From contig JASGHG010000001.1 in NCBI GenBank assembly GCA_047602425.1, positions 4,768,001 through 4,832,000 on the forward strand: a DNA stretch of 64,000 nucleotides, given 5' to 3'. The position numbers and the translations under genes were made by a program. Within the stretch, counting starts at the first letter, position 1. Each line of letters opens with the position of its first letter. The stretch is from Nibricoccus sp. Lineage in GTDB: Bacteria > Verrucomicrobiota > Verrucomicrobiia > Opitutales > Opitutaceae. The notes beneath the pieces were generated by a model. It made no database searches and was not told where the DNA came from. It saw only the letters and a list, made by a program, of their open reading frames with translations. This document shows, in pieces, positions 28,748-39,182 of this stretch.

Positions 28748-29827
28748 ATGTGGAAATCCAACTGGTCCGAAACCCAACAACGCTTCAAGAAATGGTGGAA
28801 CCGTGACGGTCTGCTCGTCGGCATGTGGGGCGCGCCGGAGACCGCCGCCTGCATTCACGAACAAGTGGCCGCCCCCGTCGTTCCCGCAACCATCGACGAG
28901 CGCTATTGCGATCCCGCCTATCGCGCTGCGCAGAACCACTACCGCCTCTCGCGTTCGATTTTCCCGCTCGACGTTCTGCAGACCGCCAGCCCCGACCTCG
29001 GGCCCGGCACGCTGGCGATGTACTGCGGTTCCGAACCTGGTTTCGCCGAGGGCACCGTTTGGTTTAATCCCTGCATCGAACACGTTGAAAATCCTGAGGA
29101 GTTGCCTCCCATTCGCTTCAATCCGGAAAGCCATTGGTGGAAAACCACGGAAGCCATCCTGCGCCAATGTCAGGAAAAAGCGCGCGGCAAATACTTCGTT
29201 GGCTGTCCGGATTTGATCGAGAACATGGACATCCTTTCATCGCTGCGTGGTGCACAGACGCTGATGATGGACATGATCGAGCGTCCCGAGTGGATTGAGA
29301 AAAAAATCTGGGAGATCAATGCCGCCTACTTCGAGGCCTACCAGCGTATCTACGACATTATCAAACTTCCGGACGGCAGTTCCGTCTTCGATGCATTCTA
29401 CGTTTGGGGACCAGGCAAAACCGCCAAACTTCAGTGCGACGCCTCCGCCATGTTCTCGCCCGACATGTACAAGCGATTCGTGGTGCCCGCGCTCACCGCT
29501 CAATGCGAGTGGCTCGACAATACCATCTATCACCTCGACGGCACGCAGGCCGTCTGCCACCTCGATACCTTGCTCTCTATCGAACCGCTCGACGCGATCG
29601 AATGGACGCCTCAGGCCGGCATCGAACCAGGCGGCAACAAGCGTTGGTACGACATGTACAAACGCATTCTCGCCGCCGGAAAATCCGTGCAAGTCGTCAA
29701 TGTCGAACTCAGCGACATCAAGCCGCTTCTCGACACGATCGGCACCAAGGGCGTCTACATTCTTATCCAATTCAAAGACCAAAAAGAAGCGGACCTCGCG
29801 TTGAAAATCCTGGAGCCCTACTACTAA
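28748..29827 (+). CDS. URO-D/MtaA-CmuA superfamily putative corrinoid-dependent methyltransferase
   Basis: DILSSLRGAQTLMMDMIERPE, QCDASAMFSPDMYKRFVVPAL, IYHLDG motifs; no signal peptide. Confidence 0.7.
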   Translation: MWKSNWSETQQRFKKWWNRDGLLVGMWGAPETAACIHEQVAAPVVPATIDERYCDPAYRAAQNHYRLSRSIFPLDVLQTASPDLGPGTLAMYCGSEPGFAEGTVWFNPCIEHVENPEELPPIRFNPESHWWKTTEAILRQCQEKARGKYFVGCPDLIENMDILSSLRGAQTLMMDMIERPEWIEKKIWEINAAYFEAYQRIYDIIKLPDGSSVFDAFYVWGPGKTAKLQCDASAMFSPDMYKRFVVPALTAQCEWLDNTIYHLDGTQAVCHLDTLLSIEPLDAIEWTPQAGIEPGGNKRWYDMYKRILAAGKSVQVVNVELSDIKPLLDTIGTKGVYILIQFKDQKEADLALKILEPYY

Positions 29828-29836
29828 TTGCGCGGC

Positions 29837-30922
29837 ATGAAAAAACTTGGACTCGCCGTACTCGGCCTGGGTGAAGGCCGCAGCATCATTTCCGCCGGAA
29901 TCGAAAGCCCGCTCTGGGACGTCGTCTGGCTTTGCGATCTCGACGTCGCGCGCGGCCACGGCCGCATCGCTGAATTCCGCCTCGACCCCAAACGCTTCAC
30001 CACCTCCTACGAGCAGATTCTCGCCGATCCCGCCGTAGACGCCGTCGGCATCTACACGCCCGATCATCTGCACGCCACGCATGTCATTCAGGCGCTCGAC
30101 GCCGGGAAACACGTGATCTGCACCAAACCGTTTCTCAACGATCTCTCACAAGCCCGTGAGGTCTTCGCCGCGCAAAAACGCAGCGGCAAACAGGTGATGG
30201 TTGGCCAAAGCTCACGGCATTTCGCGCCCTTTGCCCGCCAGCGCGAACACTACCTCACCGGCGCTTTCGGCGAACTCATCACGATCGAAGCGCAGTATAA
30301 TGCCGATCACCGCTGGTTTCTGGAAAAACCCTGGGCAAAAAAACCTTCCTTCAAATGGCTCTTCGGCGGACTCAGCCATCCGGCCGACTTCATCCGTTGG
30401 TACCTGCCGGATGTTTCGGAAGTCATGGGCTACGCCGACCTCAGCCCGACCGGACGCGCTGGCGGACTCGTCAACCCCGACACCTTCCACTTCATTTTCA
30501 AATCCGCCACCAGCCGCATCGCCCGCGTGAGTGGCACTTACTCCAGTCCCACCGTCCCCGCCCAACGCGACAGCGGCATGAGTTGCATTCTCCGCTGCAC
30601 GCAGGGCGCCAGTCAGGCCGACTACCACGAACTTCGCTATTCCTGGAAAATCGGCGCACAGGCTGTAGTTGAAAATTTCGAAGGCGCCGAGGACTACTAC
30701 TTCCGCTTCGAAGGCCACAGCCACCACGCTGGCGAATATCAGAACTACATCGAGTACTTTGCCCGTTGCCTCGAACGTGGCGAGACGCCCAAACCCGACG
30801 TTCGCGAAGGCATCGTCACCATCGCCCTTCTACAAGCGATGGAAGAATCTACTACCGCCGGTCGCGCCGTGAAAGTTGCCGACATCCTCGCCCGCTATGA
30901 TTTAACCGAACTACTTGTCTGA
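29837..30922 (+). CDS. Gfo/Idh/MocA-family oxidoreductase
   Basis: AVLGLGEG Rossmann start, YTPDHLHATH, AGKHVICTKP. Confidence 0.88.
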   Translation: MKKLGLAVLGLGEGRSIISAGIESPLWDVVWLCDLDVARGHGRIAEFRLDPKRFTTSYEQILADPAVDAVGIYTPDHLHATHVIQALDAGKHVICTKPFLNDLSQAREVFAAQKRSGKQVMVGQSSRHFAPFARQREHYLTGAFGELITIEAQYNADHRWFLEKPWAKKPSFKWLFGGLSHPADFIRWYLPDVSEVMGYADLSPTGRAGGLVNPDTFHFIFKSATSRIARVSGTYSSPTVPAQRDSGMSCILRCTQGASQADYHELRYSWKIGAQAVVENFEGAEDYYFRFEGHSHHAGEYQNYIEYFARCLERGETPKPDVREGIVTIALLQAMEESTTAGRAVKVADILARYDLTELLV

Positions 30923-30948
30923 GGTAGGGACGGACCGCCGGGCCGTCC
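30923..30948. repeat. Single GTAG-type REP half element
   Basis: GGTAGGGACGGACCGCCGGGCCGTCC, identical to the left arm at 55245 and one mismatch from 61804. Confidence 0.8.
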
Positions 30949-30983
30949 ATAAAAAATTCCGCGCCCACTTCCCCGCCCCCAAA

Positions 30984-32330
30984 ATGACCAAAACCTCGCT
31001 CACCACCCGCTTCAGCTACGCCCTGCCCGACATCGGCGGGCAACTTCTCTTCGGGTGGATCATGGGCTACCTGCCCTACTTCTACGCCAATGTCTACGGC
31101 CTCACCGCCGCCGCCGCGGGCACGATTGTCTTTATTGCGCGCTTCGTCGACGCGATCGATGCGCCAGTTTGGGGCGTTATTTTCGACCGCACCCATAGCC
31201 GCTGGGGAAAATGCAGACCATGGTTCCTCTGGCTTTGTGGGCCTTTTGCGTTGTTCGGCTTCCTTTCCTTTTTCACCCCGGACCTTGGTTATGGCGCCAA
31301 GGTCGCCTATGCCGCGATCACCTACATTGCCTTCAATGTCATCTATACTGGCATCAACACGCCCGTCACCTCCATCCTCCCTGCGCTGACGACTTCGCCG
31401 CACGAACGTGTAACCCTAACGACATTTCGGATGTTCGGTTCGAAGTTGGGTTTCGCCATTGTGAATTTCACTGGCATCGACTTCGCCCGCAGGATCGGCA
31501 ACGGCAACGATCAGAAAGGATTCATGATCGTGCTATCCATCTTCGCTATCGTCTCGGTTGCCATGTTTCTCCTCGCGTTTCGCAACCTCAAGGAAGTGGT
31601 TAAAGTCGAAGAAAAACCCCAGCCCGTGGCGGGAGGCTTCAAAGCGCTGCGTGGAAACTGGCCCTGGCTGATCATCTTTGCGAGCAGCTTTCTTTTTTGG
31701 ATCGGCTTTATCGCACGCGTCACCGTCGCACCGTTTTTCTTCGAGGATGTCTTGCATCGCCCCGACCTAATCCGTCCCGCCAATCTCCTCGATTTCGCCT
31801 CGCTTGCAACCGCGCTCCTTTTGCCGTGGATCTGCCGCGCCATCTCCAAGCGCAACGCATGGTTGATCGGCCTCGTCGGCATGGTCGCCGGGCAGCTGAT
31901 CATCGCTGTCGGCGTGAGCCAGAATCTCTCTGTCTCGTGGATCATGGCCGGCTGGGCGGTCGGTTTCATTTTCAGTGGCATGGCGATGGCGATGCCCTTT
32001 TCCGTGCTCTCTGAAAGCGTGGACTTCGGCGAATGGAAAACCGGCATTCGCGCTGCTGGATTGCTTACGGCCATTGGTGCGTCGTTCTGCTTGAAGGCCG
32101 GCGCTGGGATCGGCGGGGCACTTCCCATGTGGATCATGGACGCGGCAGGCTGGGTTGCGAAACAACCGCTTTCGCCCACCACCACAAATGCGATGATCTT
32201 CTCTGCAGTCTGGCTGCCGGCCCTCTGCCTTGGTCTCGCCGCCGTGCCAGTCTTGTTCTATCAAAAATACGAACGCATGGAGCCGCGTATCCAAGCCAAG
32301 TTGACCGCACGTCGGCAAAACGCGTCCTAA
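30984..32330 (+). CDS. GPH-family (glycoside-pentoside-hexuronide) MFS transporter
   Basis: ARFVDAIDAPVWG..DRTHSRWGKCRPW, ERVTLTTFRM, DFGEWKTGIR motifs. ATG 30984. Confidence 0.9.
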   Translation: MTKTSLTTRFSYALPDIGGQLLFGWIMGYLPYFYANVYGLTAAAAGTIVFIARFVDAIDAPVWGVIFDRTHSRWGKCRPWFLWLCGPFALFGFLSFFTPDLGYGAKVAYAAITYIAFNVIYTGINTPVTSILPALTTSPHERVTLTTFRMFGSKLGFAIVNFTGIDFARRIGNGNDQKGFMIVLSIFAIVSVAMFLLAFRNLKEVVKVEEKPQPVAGGFKALRGNWPWLIIFASSFLFWIGFIARVTVAPFFFEDVLHRPDLIRPANLLDFASLATALLLPWICRAISKRNAWLIGLVGMVAGQLIIAVGVSQNLSVSWIMAGWAVGFIFSGMAMAMPFSVLSESVDFGEWKTGIRAAGLLTAIGASFCLKAGAGIGGALPMWIMDAAGWVAKQPLSPTTTNAMIFSAVWLPALCLGLAAVPVLFYQKYERMEPRIQAKLTARRQNAS

Positions 32331-32342
32331 TCTTTGCCCGTC

Positions 32343-34820
32343 ATGTTCATCGTCGAAAGTCATCGCGAATCCATCGTTTTTGCCAGCGGCGAACGTCGCT
32401 TGCGCATCGCGTTTGTCACGCCGGCCGTCGCCCGTATCACGCTCACTGAGGGCAAGCCTTTCTCCGAAGCGCCCAGCTATATCGTGCAACATCGCGCGCC
32501 CGCCGCGTGCTTTCGACTCTCCGAAGAACAAAATGCCTTCACACTTTCGACCTCCGCGCTTCAGCTATCGGTAAATAAAGCCACCGGTGCGATCACCTAC
32601 CGCGACTCCACTGGCAAAATTCTCCTCAACGAACCAGCCCGCGGAGGTAAATGGCTGACGCCAAAAGACGTTTTCAAAAACGTCTACGCCAAGAACGCCA
32701 AGGCCGCCACCGGCCAGAGCATCGACGGCGCGCGCGCCTCGGCCACTGACTGCGAACGCGTTTTTGATCGCAAGGCCTTCGAGGCGAAACTCGAATTCGT
32801 CTTCAGTGAGAACGAAGCGCTTTTCGGCCTCGGTTCGCATGAGGAAGGCTACGGAAACCTCCGCGGTAAATCCCGCGAGCTCTACCAGCAAAACATGAAA
32901 GCCGTCGTGCCTTACTTCGTCTCGACGAAAGGCTACGGCCTCCTGCTCGACTGCAGCTCATTGATGACATTTCACGACGATGCTTTCGGCTCTTACCTCT
33001 GGGCTGATGTCGTCGACGAACTGGATTTCTATTTCATCCACGGCGAAAACTTCGACGCCGTCACCCGCGGCTACTACGAACTCACCGGCAAACCGCCGAT
33101 GCTCCCGAAATGGGCCTTCGGCTACGTCCAGTCGAAGGAGCGCTATGTCAACGCCTGCGAAATGCTCGACGTAGTCCGCGAGTACCGCCGCCGCCAGATC
33201 CCACTCGATTGCATCGTGCTCGACTGGAAATCCTGGCCCAACGGCAACGGCTGGGGCCAGAAATCCTTCGATTCCGAACGCTTCCCTGCCCCCAAAGCTT
33301 TCATCGACGAACTTCATGCCCTCGGCGCCAAGCTCATGATCTCGATCTGGCCGATCATGACCGGCGATTGCCCAAACCAAGTCGAGTTGCGCGAGCGCGG
33401 CCTCATGCTCGGTAATCAGTCGACCTACGACGCTTTTTCCGACGAGGGACGGCGCATCTACTGGGAGCAGGCCAATCGCGGCCTCTTCGCCCACGGTATC
33501 GACGCGTGGTGGTGCGATTGCACCGAACCGTTCGAAGCTGACTGGACCGGCGCGGTAAAACCCGAAGTTCACGCGCGCCTCGCCATCAACACCGAACAAT
33601 CGCAAAGGTACATCGACGCCGGCCAGATCAACAGCTACTCGCTCCTCCACTCGCAAGGCATCTACGAAGGCCAGCGTCGAGCAACGAATACGAAACGCGT
33701 CATCAACCTCACCCGTTCCTCCTACGCCGGCCAGCACCGTTACGCGACTGTGACTTGGTCAGGCGACATCTGCGCGACGTGGGAAACACTGCGCCGATCC
33801 ATCCCGGAAGGTCTAAACTTTTGCGCGACCGGCGAGCCGTATTGGACGGTCGATATCGGCGGCTTCTTCATCAACAACGACCCGAAGCTCTGGTTTTGGC
33901 GCGGCGACTACCCCTCAGGCTGCCGCGGACTGACGCCGATGACCGCGCTCGAACCCGATCCAGCCGACACCGGCTGCAAGGACCTCGGCTTCTGGGAACT
34001 CTACGTGCGCTGGGTGCAGTACGCCGCATTCCTTCCAATGTTCCGTTCGCATGGCACCGACGCCGCGCGAGAGATCTGGCGCTTCGGCGAACCCGGCACG
34101 CCTTTCTACGACGCCATCGCGAAATACATCCGCCTTCGCTACCAATTCCTTCCCTACATTTACTCCGTCGCCGCCCAAATCACCCTCAGCAGTCGAGCAA
34201 TGCTACGTGCCGTCGCCCTCGACTTTCCCGACGACCCTCGCACTCACGATCTCACCGACCAATTCATGTTTGGCCCTGGGTTGATGGTTTGCCCCGTGAC
34301 CCAGTCGATGTACTACGGCCCGAATTCAACGCCCCTTCCATCCGACACCCCAAAAAACCGCACCGTCTACCTCCCCGCCGGACGTCAATGGTACGATTTC
34401 TGGACCAACAAAATCTACGAAGGCGGCCAGACGATCACCGTCGCCACCCCGCTCGATATCATCCCGCTCTTCATCCCCGCCGGTACTATTCTGCCACTTT
34501 CCGGCGAATCCATTCAGCACACCGGCGAAACAACGAGTACGCCTTATGAAATCCGAATCTACGCCGGAGCCGACGCCTCGTTCGACCTTTATGAAGATGC
34601 GGGCGACGGCTATGATTATGAAACCGGCGTCTATTCAATCATACACTTGTCATGGAATGAGTCGCGCGGCGAACTCACGGCATCGCCTCGTCATGGCACC
34701 TTTCCGCAAGCTGAGATCGGTCGTGAATACCGGATCGATTGCATTTCTCACGACGGGGTACGACGAGAAATATGCGTTTACGATGGCAGTGAACTAACCA
34801 ACCGTAGAACTCGCGACTAG
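32343..34820 (+). CDS. Cytoplasmic GH31 alpha-xylosidase-like glycosidase
   Basis: PKWAFGYVQSKERY, IPLDCIVLDW, WWCDCTEP (nucleophile), WSGDI (acid/base), FRSHG; no signal peptide. Confidence 0.9.
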   Translation: MFIVESHRESIVFASGERRLRIAFVTPAVARITLTEGKPFSEAPSYIVQHRAPAACFRLSEEQNAFTLSTSALQLSVNKATGAITYRDSTGKILLNEPARGGKWLTPKDVFKNVYAKNAKAATGQSIDGARASATDCERVFDRKAFEAKLEFVFSENEALFGLGSHEEGYGNLRGKSRELYQQNMKAVVPYFVSTKGYGLLLDCSSLMTFHDDAFGSYLWADVVDELDFYFIHGENFDAVTRGYYELTGKPPMLPKWAFGYVQSKERYVNACEMLDVVREYRRRQIPLDCIVLDWKSWPNGNGWGQKSFDSERFPAPKAFIDELHALGAKLMISIWPIMTGDCPNQVELRERGLMLGNQSTYDAFSDEGRRIYWEQANRGLFAHGIDAWWCDCTEPFEADWTGAVKPEVHARLAINTEQSQRYIDAGQINSYSLLHSQGIYEGQRRATNTKRVINLTRSSYAGQHRYATVTWSGDICATWETLRRSIPEGLNFCATGEPYWTVDIGGFFINNDPKLWFWRGDYPSGCRGLTPMTALEPDPADTGCKDLGFWELYVRWVQYAAFLPMFRSHGTDAAREIWRFGEPGTPFYDAIAKYIRLRYQFLPYIYSVAAQITLSSRAMLRAVALDFPDDPRTHDLTDQFMFGPGLMVCPVTQSMYYGPNSTPLPSDTPKNRTVYLPAGRQWYDFWTNKIYEGGQTITVATPLDIIPLFIPAGTILPLSGESIQHTGETTSTPYEIRIYAGADASFDLYEDAGDGYDYETGVYSIIHLSWNESRGELTASPRHGTFPQAEIGREYRIDCISHDGVRREICVYDGSELTNRRTRD

Positions 34821-34903
34821 CAGATAAATTCAAACTGGCTGTCACTTTGGTTCTTTATTAACGTCTAGGTTTTAGTAAACAAACCAGTCTTCAAATCCGT
34901 CCT

Positions 34904-37378
34904 ATGGGAGCCATGTCATTCAAACAGTTGTTCGCCGTCCTCACATCCGCTTGCGTCACGTTGTTATCATGCAAAGTTTCCGCGCAAACGGCCTTACCCA
35001 CCCCTGCGGTGGTTTCAACTGACGAAGCGCCTAAACGTTTCTTCAACTTCTTTGTTCCCTTTCGCACAAATCAGGTGGCACTCTCGCCCGACGGAAAATA
35101 CTTGGCCTACACTCTCCGAGAAAAAGATATACTATCGGTGGTTGTGGTTGACGTTGATAACCCCTCCAAGGCTACCGCAAAAGTAGCCGTCATTTCGAAT
35201 GAACAGGCCACGCCAATGTCGGGTATTAAAGACAAAGAAAGTCGGTCTGCGCAAATCCGTTGGATGGGCTGGACGACCGCCACGCGGCTCGTAGTAGAAA
35301 CTAACCGCGTTTTCCCCACAACGCTTGATGGCTCAAGTCCGACCGGCACTGACAGTAACGTGGTTGAATCCAGCAACCCGCTTTTCATCAATATCGTGGG
35401 AGAAATTCTTGCTTTTGACTACAATGGTCAAAACGCCCGTTCATTGCTCACGCCACGCGATATTCGCGAAGGCATACCATTTTCCTCGGGCAAGCAACGC
35501 TTATTGGCCCGCTCGCCCCATATCGTCGACTTTGCAGGAGATGACCCTGATTGCGTCATTGTACAGGCCGACGGTATTGTTCGGCCCAATAGTCTCCGCC
35601 ACGTCGAGCGCTTCAAACTCAACGTCAAGACTGGCAAGCTCAAAGAGCTCGACGATTATACTATTTCCTCTTTCCAAAATTATTTGTTCGACCGGGACGG
35701 CAAGCCACGCATTGCCATCCCCATCAGCGTTCGCGATCCGTTTCCTCATGTGATCACCTACGACAGTGGATCCACTTTCGGCAAATGGAAGCCCCTCGAT
35801 CAGCTCGCTACGCCGTCCGGTCGTGCCGCTTTTTCACTTTCTCCCAAAAACTATTTCGGCGAACGTTCGGTGCCACTTGGCTTCGACTACGACAGTAACC
35901 TTCTCTATTTCGCCTCAAATGTGGGACGCGACACATTTGGTATCTATGGACTGGATATGAAATCTGGCAAACTAAGCCATATGTCGGCTGAAAATCCTGC
36001 ATTCGATATGTACACTCCAGGTCCCGGCGTTTTCCCGGACTCGCTGGTATTTAGCTTGTTCGGACGCGAAGGCCCAAAAATGGCGGAAGAGACCTCCGAG
36101 ACTAATACACAGAACAATGCGATTGATGCATGGAATCAGGATATGGCCAGTGTTGCTGGAGCTGAAAACGACACAGCTATTGGCGGAAACGTTTCAAACG
36201 AAGCCTTGAATAGTCGGGCGGAAGTACAGGGACGTGCACCAAGCATCATTGGACGCATAGACGGTTATCCGCTCGTTTATGACCGATTCCAACGCAAGGC
36301 TGTCGGTCTGCGTATGGAGGGATGGGCCCGCACTACGCGATGGTTCACTCCTGACCTTCAGGCAGTTCAGGATGAGTTGGAGAGCGTTAAACGAGGATGT
36401 TCCATTCAAATTCTTTCGTGGGATTCAGCCCGCCAACGTTTTCTCGTCGATATCAATGGCGTGACCGATGCCGGCGCATTCTACATCTATGAGCCGGCGA
36501 AGAAGAAACTCTTGGAATTCGTTTCACGCGCCCCAGCGCATGGAAATCGCGATCCACATGATACCACTTTGTTTTCCTTCACAGCCCCTCAGGGCCACAA
36601 TATTTCAGGTATGCTCACCTTCCCGAGAACCGCACGCACAATGCCTGTGCCGATTATCGTTGTATGTGGCGAGCAACCGTGGGCTCGAGTCCATACCGAC
36701 TATTCGGCCGAGGTGTTGAGTTATGCCGACATGGGATTCGCTGTCGTCCAAGTCAACCCCCGTGGCACGTGGGGCTTCGGCCTAAAGCACCGCAACACCT
36801 TCAAGGACGGGTATGAGGATGCACAAATTGCCGATATTTCCGCGGCGATCGACCACCTTTCGCGGAGCTTTGCAGTTAACCGAAAACGCGTCGCCATCTC
36901 GGGGGTTGGCTTCGGCGGTTACGTTGCTCTCAGAGGCGTGCAATTGGAGCCGACTCGATATCGCTGTGCGATCGCGATCGAAACTATTCTCGATCTGCAA
37001 GGCTGGGTAAAGGAAGCTCGCTGGACCAATGGGGATTCCCGTCCACAGCTCATTCAAGAATTCCTTGGCGGTGCCGAGCGTCTAAAGAAATCTCCTCTGC
37101 TGACAAACGCCGAGACAATTTCCAACCCGATCTTGATGATGAACTATCGTGGTCCAGGCGGAACACTTGAACCGGCTGAATATATCGATGCCCGCGCTCT
37201 GGTCCGCAAAGTCAAATCGAAGGATGTGAATGCTGAAATTTACGATCTTTCCGATGATTTTATGGCAGGACTGCCCGAAGCGCGGAGTGAAGCCCACCGC
37301 AAAATCGAAGATTTTCTCAACGAGAATATCTATAACTACAAGGTAAAGGCCGGCGAATTGAAGATCCTAAAGGAATAA
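34904..37378 (+). CDS. Secreted S9 peptidase-like (beta-propeller plus alpha/beta hydrolase) protein with a degenerate active site
   Basis: LSPDGKYLAY, GFAVVQVNPRGTWGFG, RVAISGVGFGGY; the nucleophile elbow has no Ser. Confidence 0.75.
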   Translation: MGAMSFKQLFAVLTSACVTLLSCKVSAQTALPTPAVVSTDEAPKRFFNFFVPFRTNQVALSPDGKYLAYTLREKDILSVVVVDVDNPSKATAKVAVISNEQATPMSGIKDKESRSAQIRWMGWTTATRLVVETNRVFPTTLDGSSPTGTDSNVVESSNPLFINIVGEILAFDYNGQNARSLLTPRDIREGIPFSSGKQRLLARSPHIVDFAGDDPDCVIVQADGIVRPNSLRHVERFKLNVKTGKLKELDDYTISSFQNYLFDRDGKPRIAIPISVRDPFPHVITYDSGSTFGKWKPLDQLATPSGRAAFSLSPKNYFGERSVPLGFDYDSNLLYFASNVGRDTFGIYGLDMKSGKLSHMSAENPAFDMYTPGPGVFPDSLVFSLFGREGPKMAEETSETNTQNNAIDAWNQDMASVAGAENDTAIGGNVSNEALNSRAEVQGRAPSIIGRIDGYPLVYDRFQRKAVGLRMEGWARTTRWFTPDLQAVQDELESVKRGCSIQILSWDSARQRFLVDINGVTDAGAFYIYEPAKKKLLEFVSRAPAHGNRDPHDTTLFSFTAPQGHNISGMLTFPRTARTMPVPIIVVCGEQPWARVHTDYSAEVLSYADMGFAVVQVNPRGTWGFGLKHRNTFKDGYEDAQIADISAAIDHLSRSFAVNRKRVAISGVGFGGYVALRGVQLEPTRYRCAIAIETILDLQGWVKEARWTNGDSRPQLIQEFLGGAERLKKSPLLTNAETISNPILMMNYRGPGGTLEPAEYIDARALVRKVKSKDVNAEIYDLSDDFMAGLPEARSEAHRKIEDFLNENIYNYKVKAGELKILKE

Positions 37379-37387
37379 GTCTCTCAC

Positions 37388-37415
37388 GATCACGTTGCGC
37401 TAACGCAGCGTGATC
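37388..37415. terminator. Hairpin between convergent genes
   Basis: GATCACGTTGCG-CTAA-CGCAGCGTGATC, a 12-bp stem with one G-T pair. Confidence 0.5.
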
Positions 37416-38451
37416 ATACGCAGCAACCGCAGCGCATGAAGGCGTCGACCTTCCCGAGGATCGCCTGTTCGCTGCCGGGTACGCTGAGAACGTCGCATTC
37501 GCTGCCCAGAATAAAGGGATGTCCGACGGCGCGCATTTTTGCCAGCAACTCTCCAGCCATGCGTTCAACTTCGGCAATCGTAAGTTGTGCGGCATAGAAA
37601 CGTTTTGTCGGTAGATTGCCGTATAACACCGTGTCCTTCGGAATATAGGCGGCGTCCTCCCACAATTTCCGTGAACTCCCCAAGCTGATCATGGCTGCGC
37701 CCAAGCTGGCGAAGCGTTTGACCATGCCGTCGGTGAGTTCGCCACAATCGTGGAAAATCAAATCGACACCACGTTGCGCCAACCTCTGTGCGATGCGCCG
37801 CATCGGCGTCATGACGAACCGGTCGAAAACGGTAAAATCGAGCTCCAACTGTTTCGGTGAGAAATATACGACATTCGCGGCCGGTTCGCACACGATCACT
37901 GCCTTTGCCCCCGCTGCGATTTGTGCATCGAGATATTCGGCAATCACCATTTCGCCAGCATGTAATGCCGCTTCGACCAAAGCCACGTCGGGTTCCTCGG
38001 TTGCCGTCGCACCCGTTCCGGCGAGAAATACCGGCGTGATTGGATCTGCCAGTAGTTTCGTCATGAGCGAAAAAGGCCCGATCGACATGCCCATGGGAAC
38101 AAGTGTCGAAGTTTTTGCCACATGCGCGATAGCCTCGCATGAGGCCTTCATGCGGGGCGTCAACGCGACGGACTTCGGAAGGTCTGGAGGTTCGTTAAAA
38201 TGAAACTGACTGATTTCCGTCTTGGGAAGACCCATGGCCGACAAGAGGGCCTCTTTTTCCAGCGTGAGATCCATCAATGGAATGGCCAGTGGCGTCTTAA
38301 AACGCTCGGCCGTTTCTATCAAAATCGCCCCGAGTCGTTTCCCATCGTGAAGAATGGTCTCTGGTTCGGTATGCTGATGCAGCACGAGATGGGTGCCGAT
38401 CGGCATCCGCAAGCCGGAGGCCGCGAGGTCCAGATAGAATTTTCTCTCCAC
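37414..38451 (-). CDS. URO-D/MtaA-family methyltransferase (Zn-thiol type)
   Basis: GPFSL, VCEP, IFHDCG (H-x-C), YGNLP, ILGSECD; directly downstream of a corrinoid protein gene. Confidence 0.8.
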   Translation of the reverse strand: MERKFYLDLAASGLRMPIGTHLVLHQHTEPETILHDGKRLGAILIETAERFKTPLAIPLMDLTLEKEALLSAMGLPKTEISQFHFNEPPDLPKSVALTPRMKASCEAIAHVAKTSTLVPMGMSIGPFSLMTKLLADPITPVFLAGTGATATEEPDVALVEAALHAGEMVIAEYLDAQIAAGAKAVIVCEPAANVVYFSPKQLELDFTVFDRFVMTPMRRIAQRLAQRGVDLIFHDCGELTDGMVKRFASLGAAMISLGSSRKLWEDAAYIPKDTVLYGNLPTKRFYAAQLTIAEVERMAGELLAKMRAVGHPFILGSECDVLSVPGSEQAILGKVDAFMRCGCCV

Positions 38452-38460
38452 AATAACGCC

Positions 38461-39102
38461 TCAAGATTTTTCGCCGACCAGTTTCAACGCAATATCGACC
38501 GCGCTGGCCGCATCGAGGCTGTAGCCTTCTGCGCCGATTTCGTTGGCGTAATCCTGAGTGACAGGCGCTCCGCCGATCATCACTTTCACATTCAGGCCGG
38601 AAGCTCGCACAGCATCGATGGTTGTCTTCATGGCCGGCATGGTCGTTGTGAGCAGCGCCGAAAGTGCGATGAGCTGCGCACCATTCGTTTTCGCGGCATC
38701 GATGAATTTCGCCGGCATCACATTCGTGCCGAGGTCAACCACGTTGAAATTCGCGCCTTTGAGCATCATGGCAACGAGATTTTTGCCGATGTCATGTAGA
38801 TCGCCTTGCACGGTTCCTATCACCACCGTGTACTTCGGTTTGATGCCGGCTTGGGCAAGCAAGGGTTCGAGGATCGTCATGCATTCTTTCATCGCCCGCG
38901 CCGCGATGAGCATTTCAGGCACAAAGACCTCGTTGTTCTTAAATTTTTCGCCAATGGCGCTCATGCCGGGGACAAGGCCTTGTTCGACGATGTCGAGGGG
39001 CTTCTGCCCGGCTTGAAGGAGCTCTTGCGTGAGCTGCTTGGCTTCGTTGCGCTTGCCGGCTTGAACGGCGTCACTGAGGGGGTGGAAATTGCTCGTGGAC
39101 AT
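38461..39102 (-). CDS. Corrinoid (B12-binding) protein, MtaC/MtmC-like
   Basis: FVPEMLIAARAM cap domain; GTVQGDLHDIGKNLV (DxHxxG), SALLTTTM, GGAPV. Confidence 0.95.
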   Translation of the reverse strand: MSTSNFHPLSDAVQAGKRNEAKQLTQELLQAGQKPLDIVEQGLVPGMSAIGEKFKNNEVFVPEMLIAARAMKECMTILEPLLAQAGIKPKYTVVIGTVQGDLHDIGKNLVAMMLKGANFNVVDLGTNVMPAKFIDAAKTNGAQLIALSALLTTTMPAMKTTIDAVRASGLNVKVMIGGAPVTQDYANEIGAEGYSLDAASAVDIALKLVGEKS

Positions 39103-39182
39103 GGAAACCATCTTACCCAACTCATCCGCGGAATTCTTGTGCTTCCGGCGGATTCTTTTGTGCTCGTGTGCGGCAAAAACGA

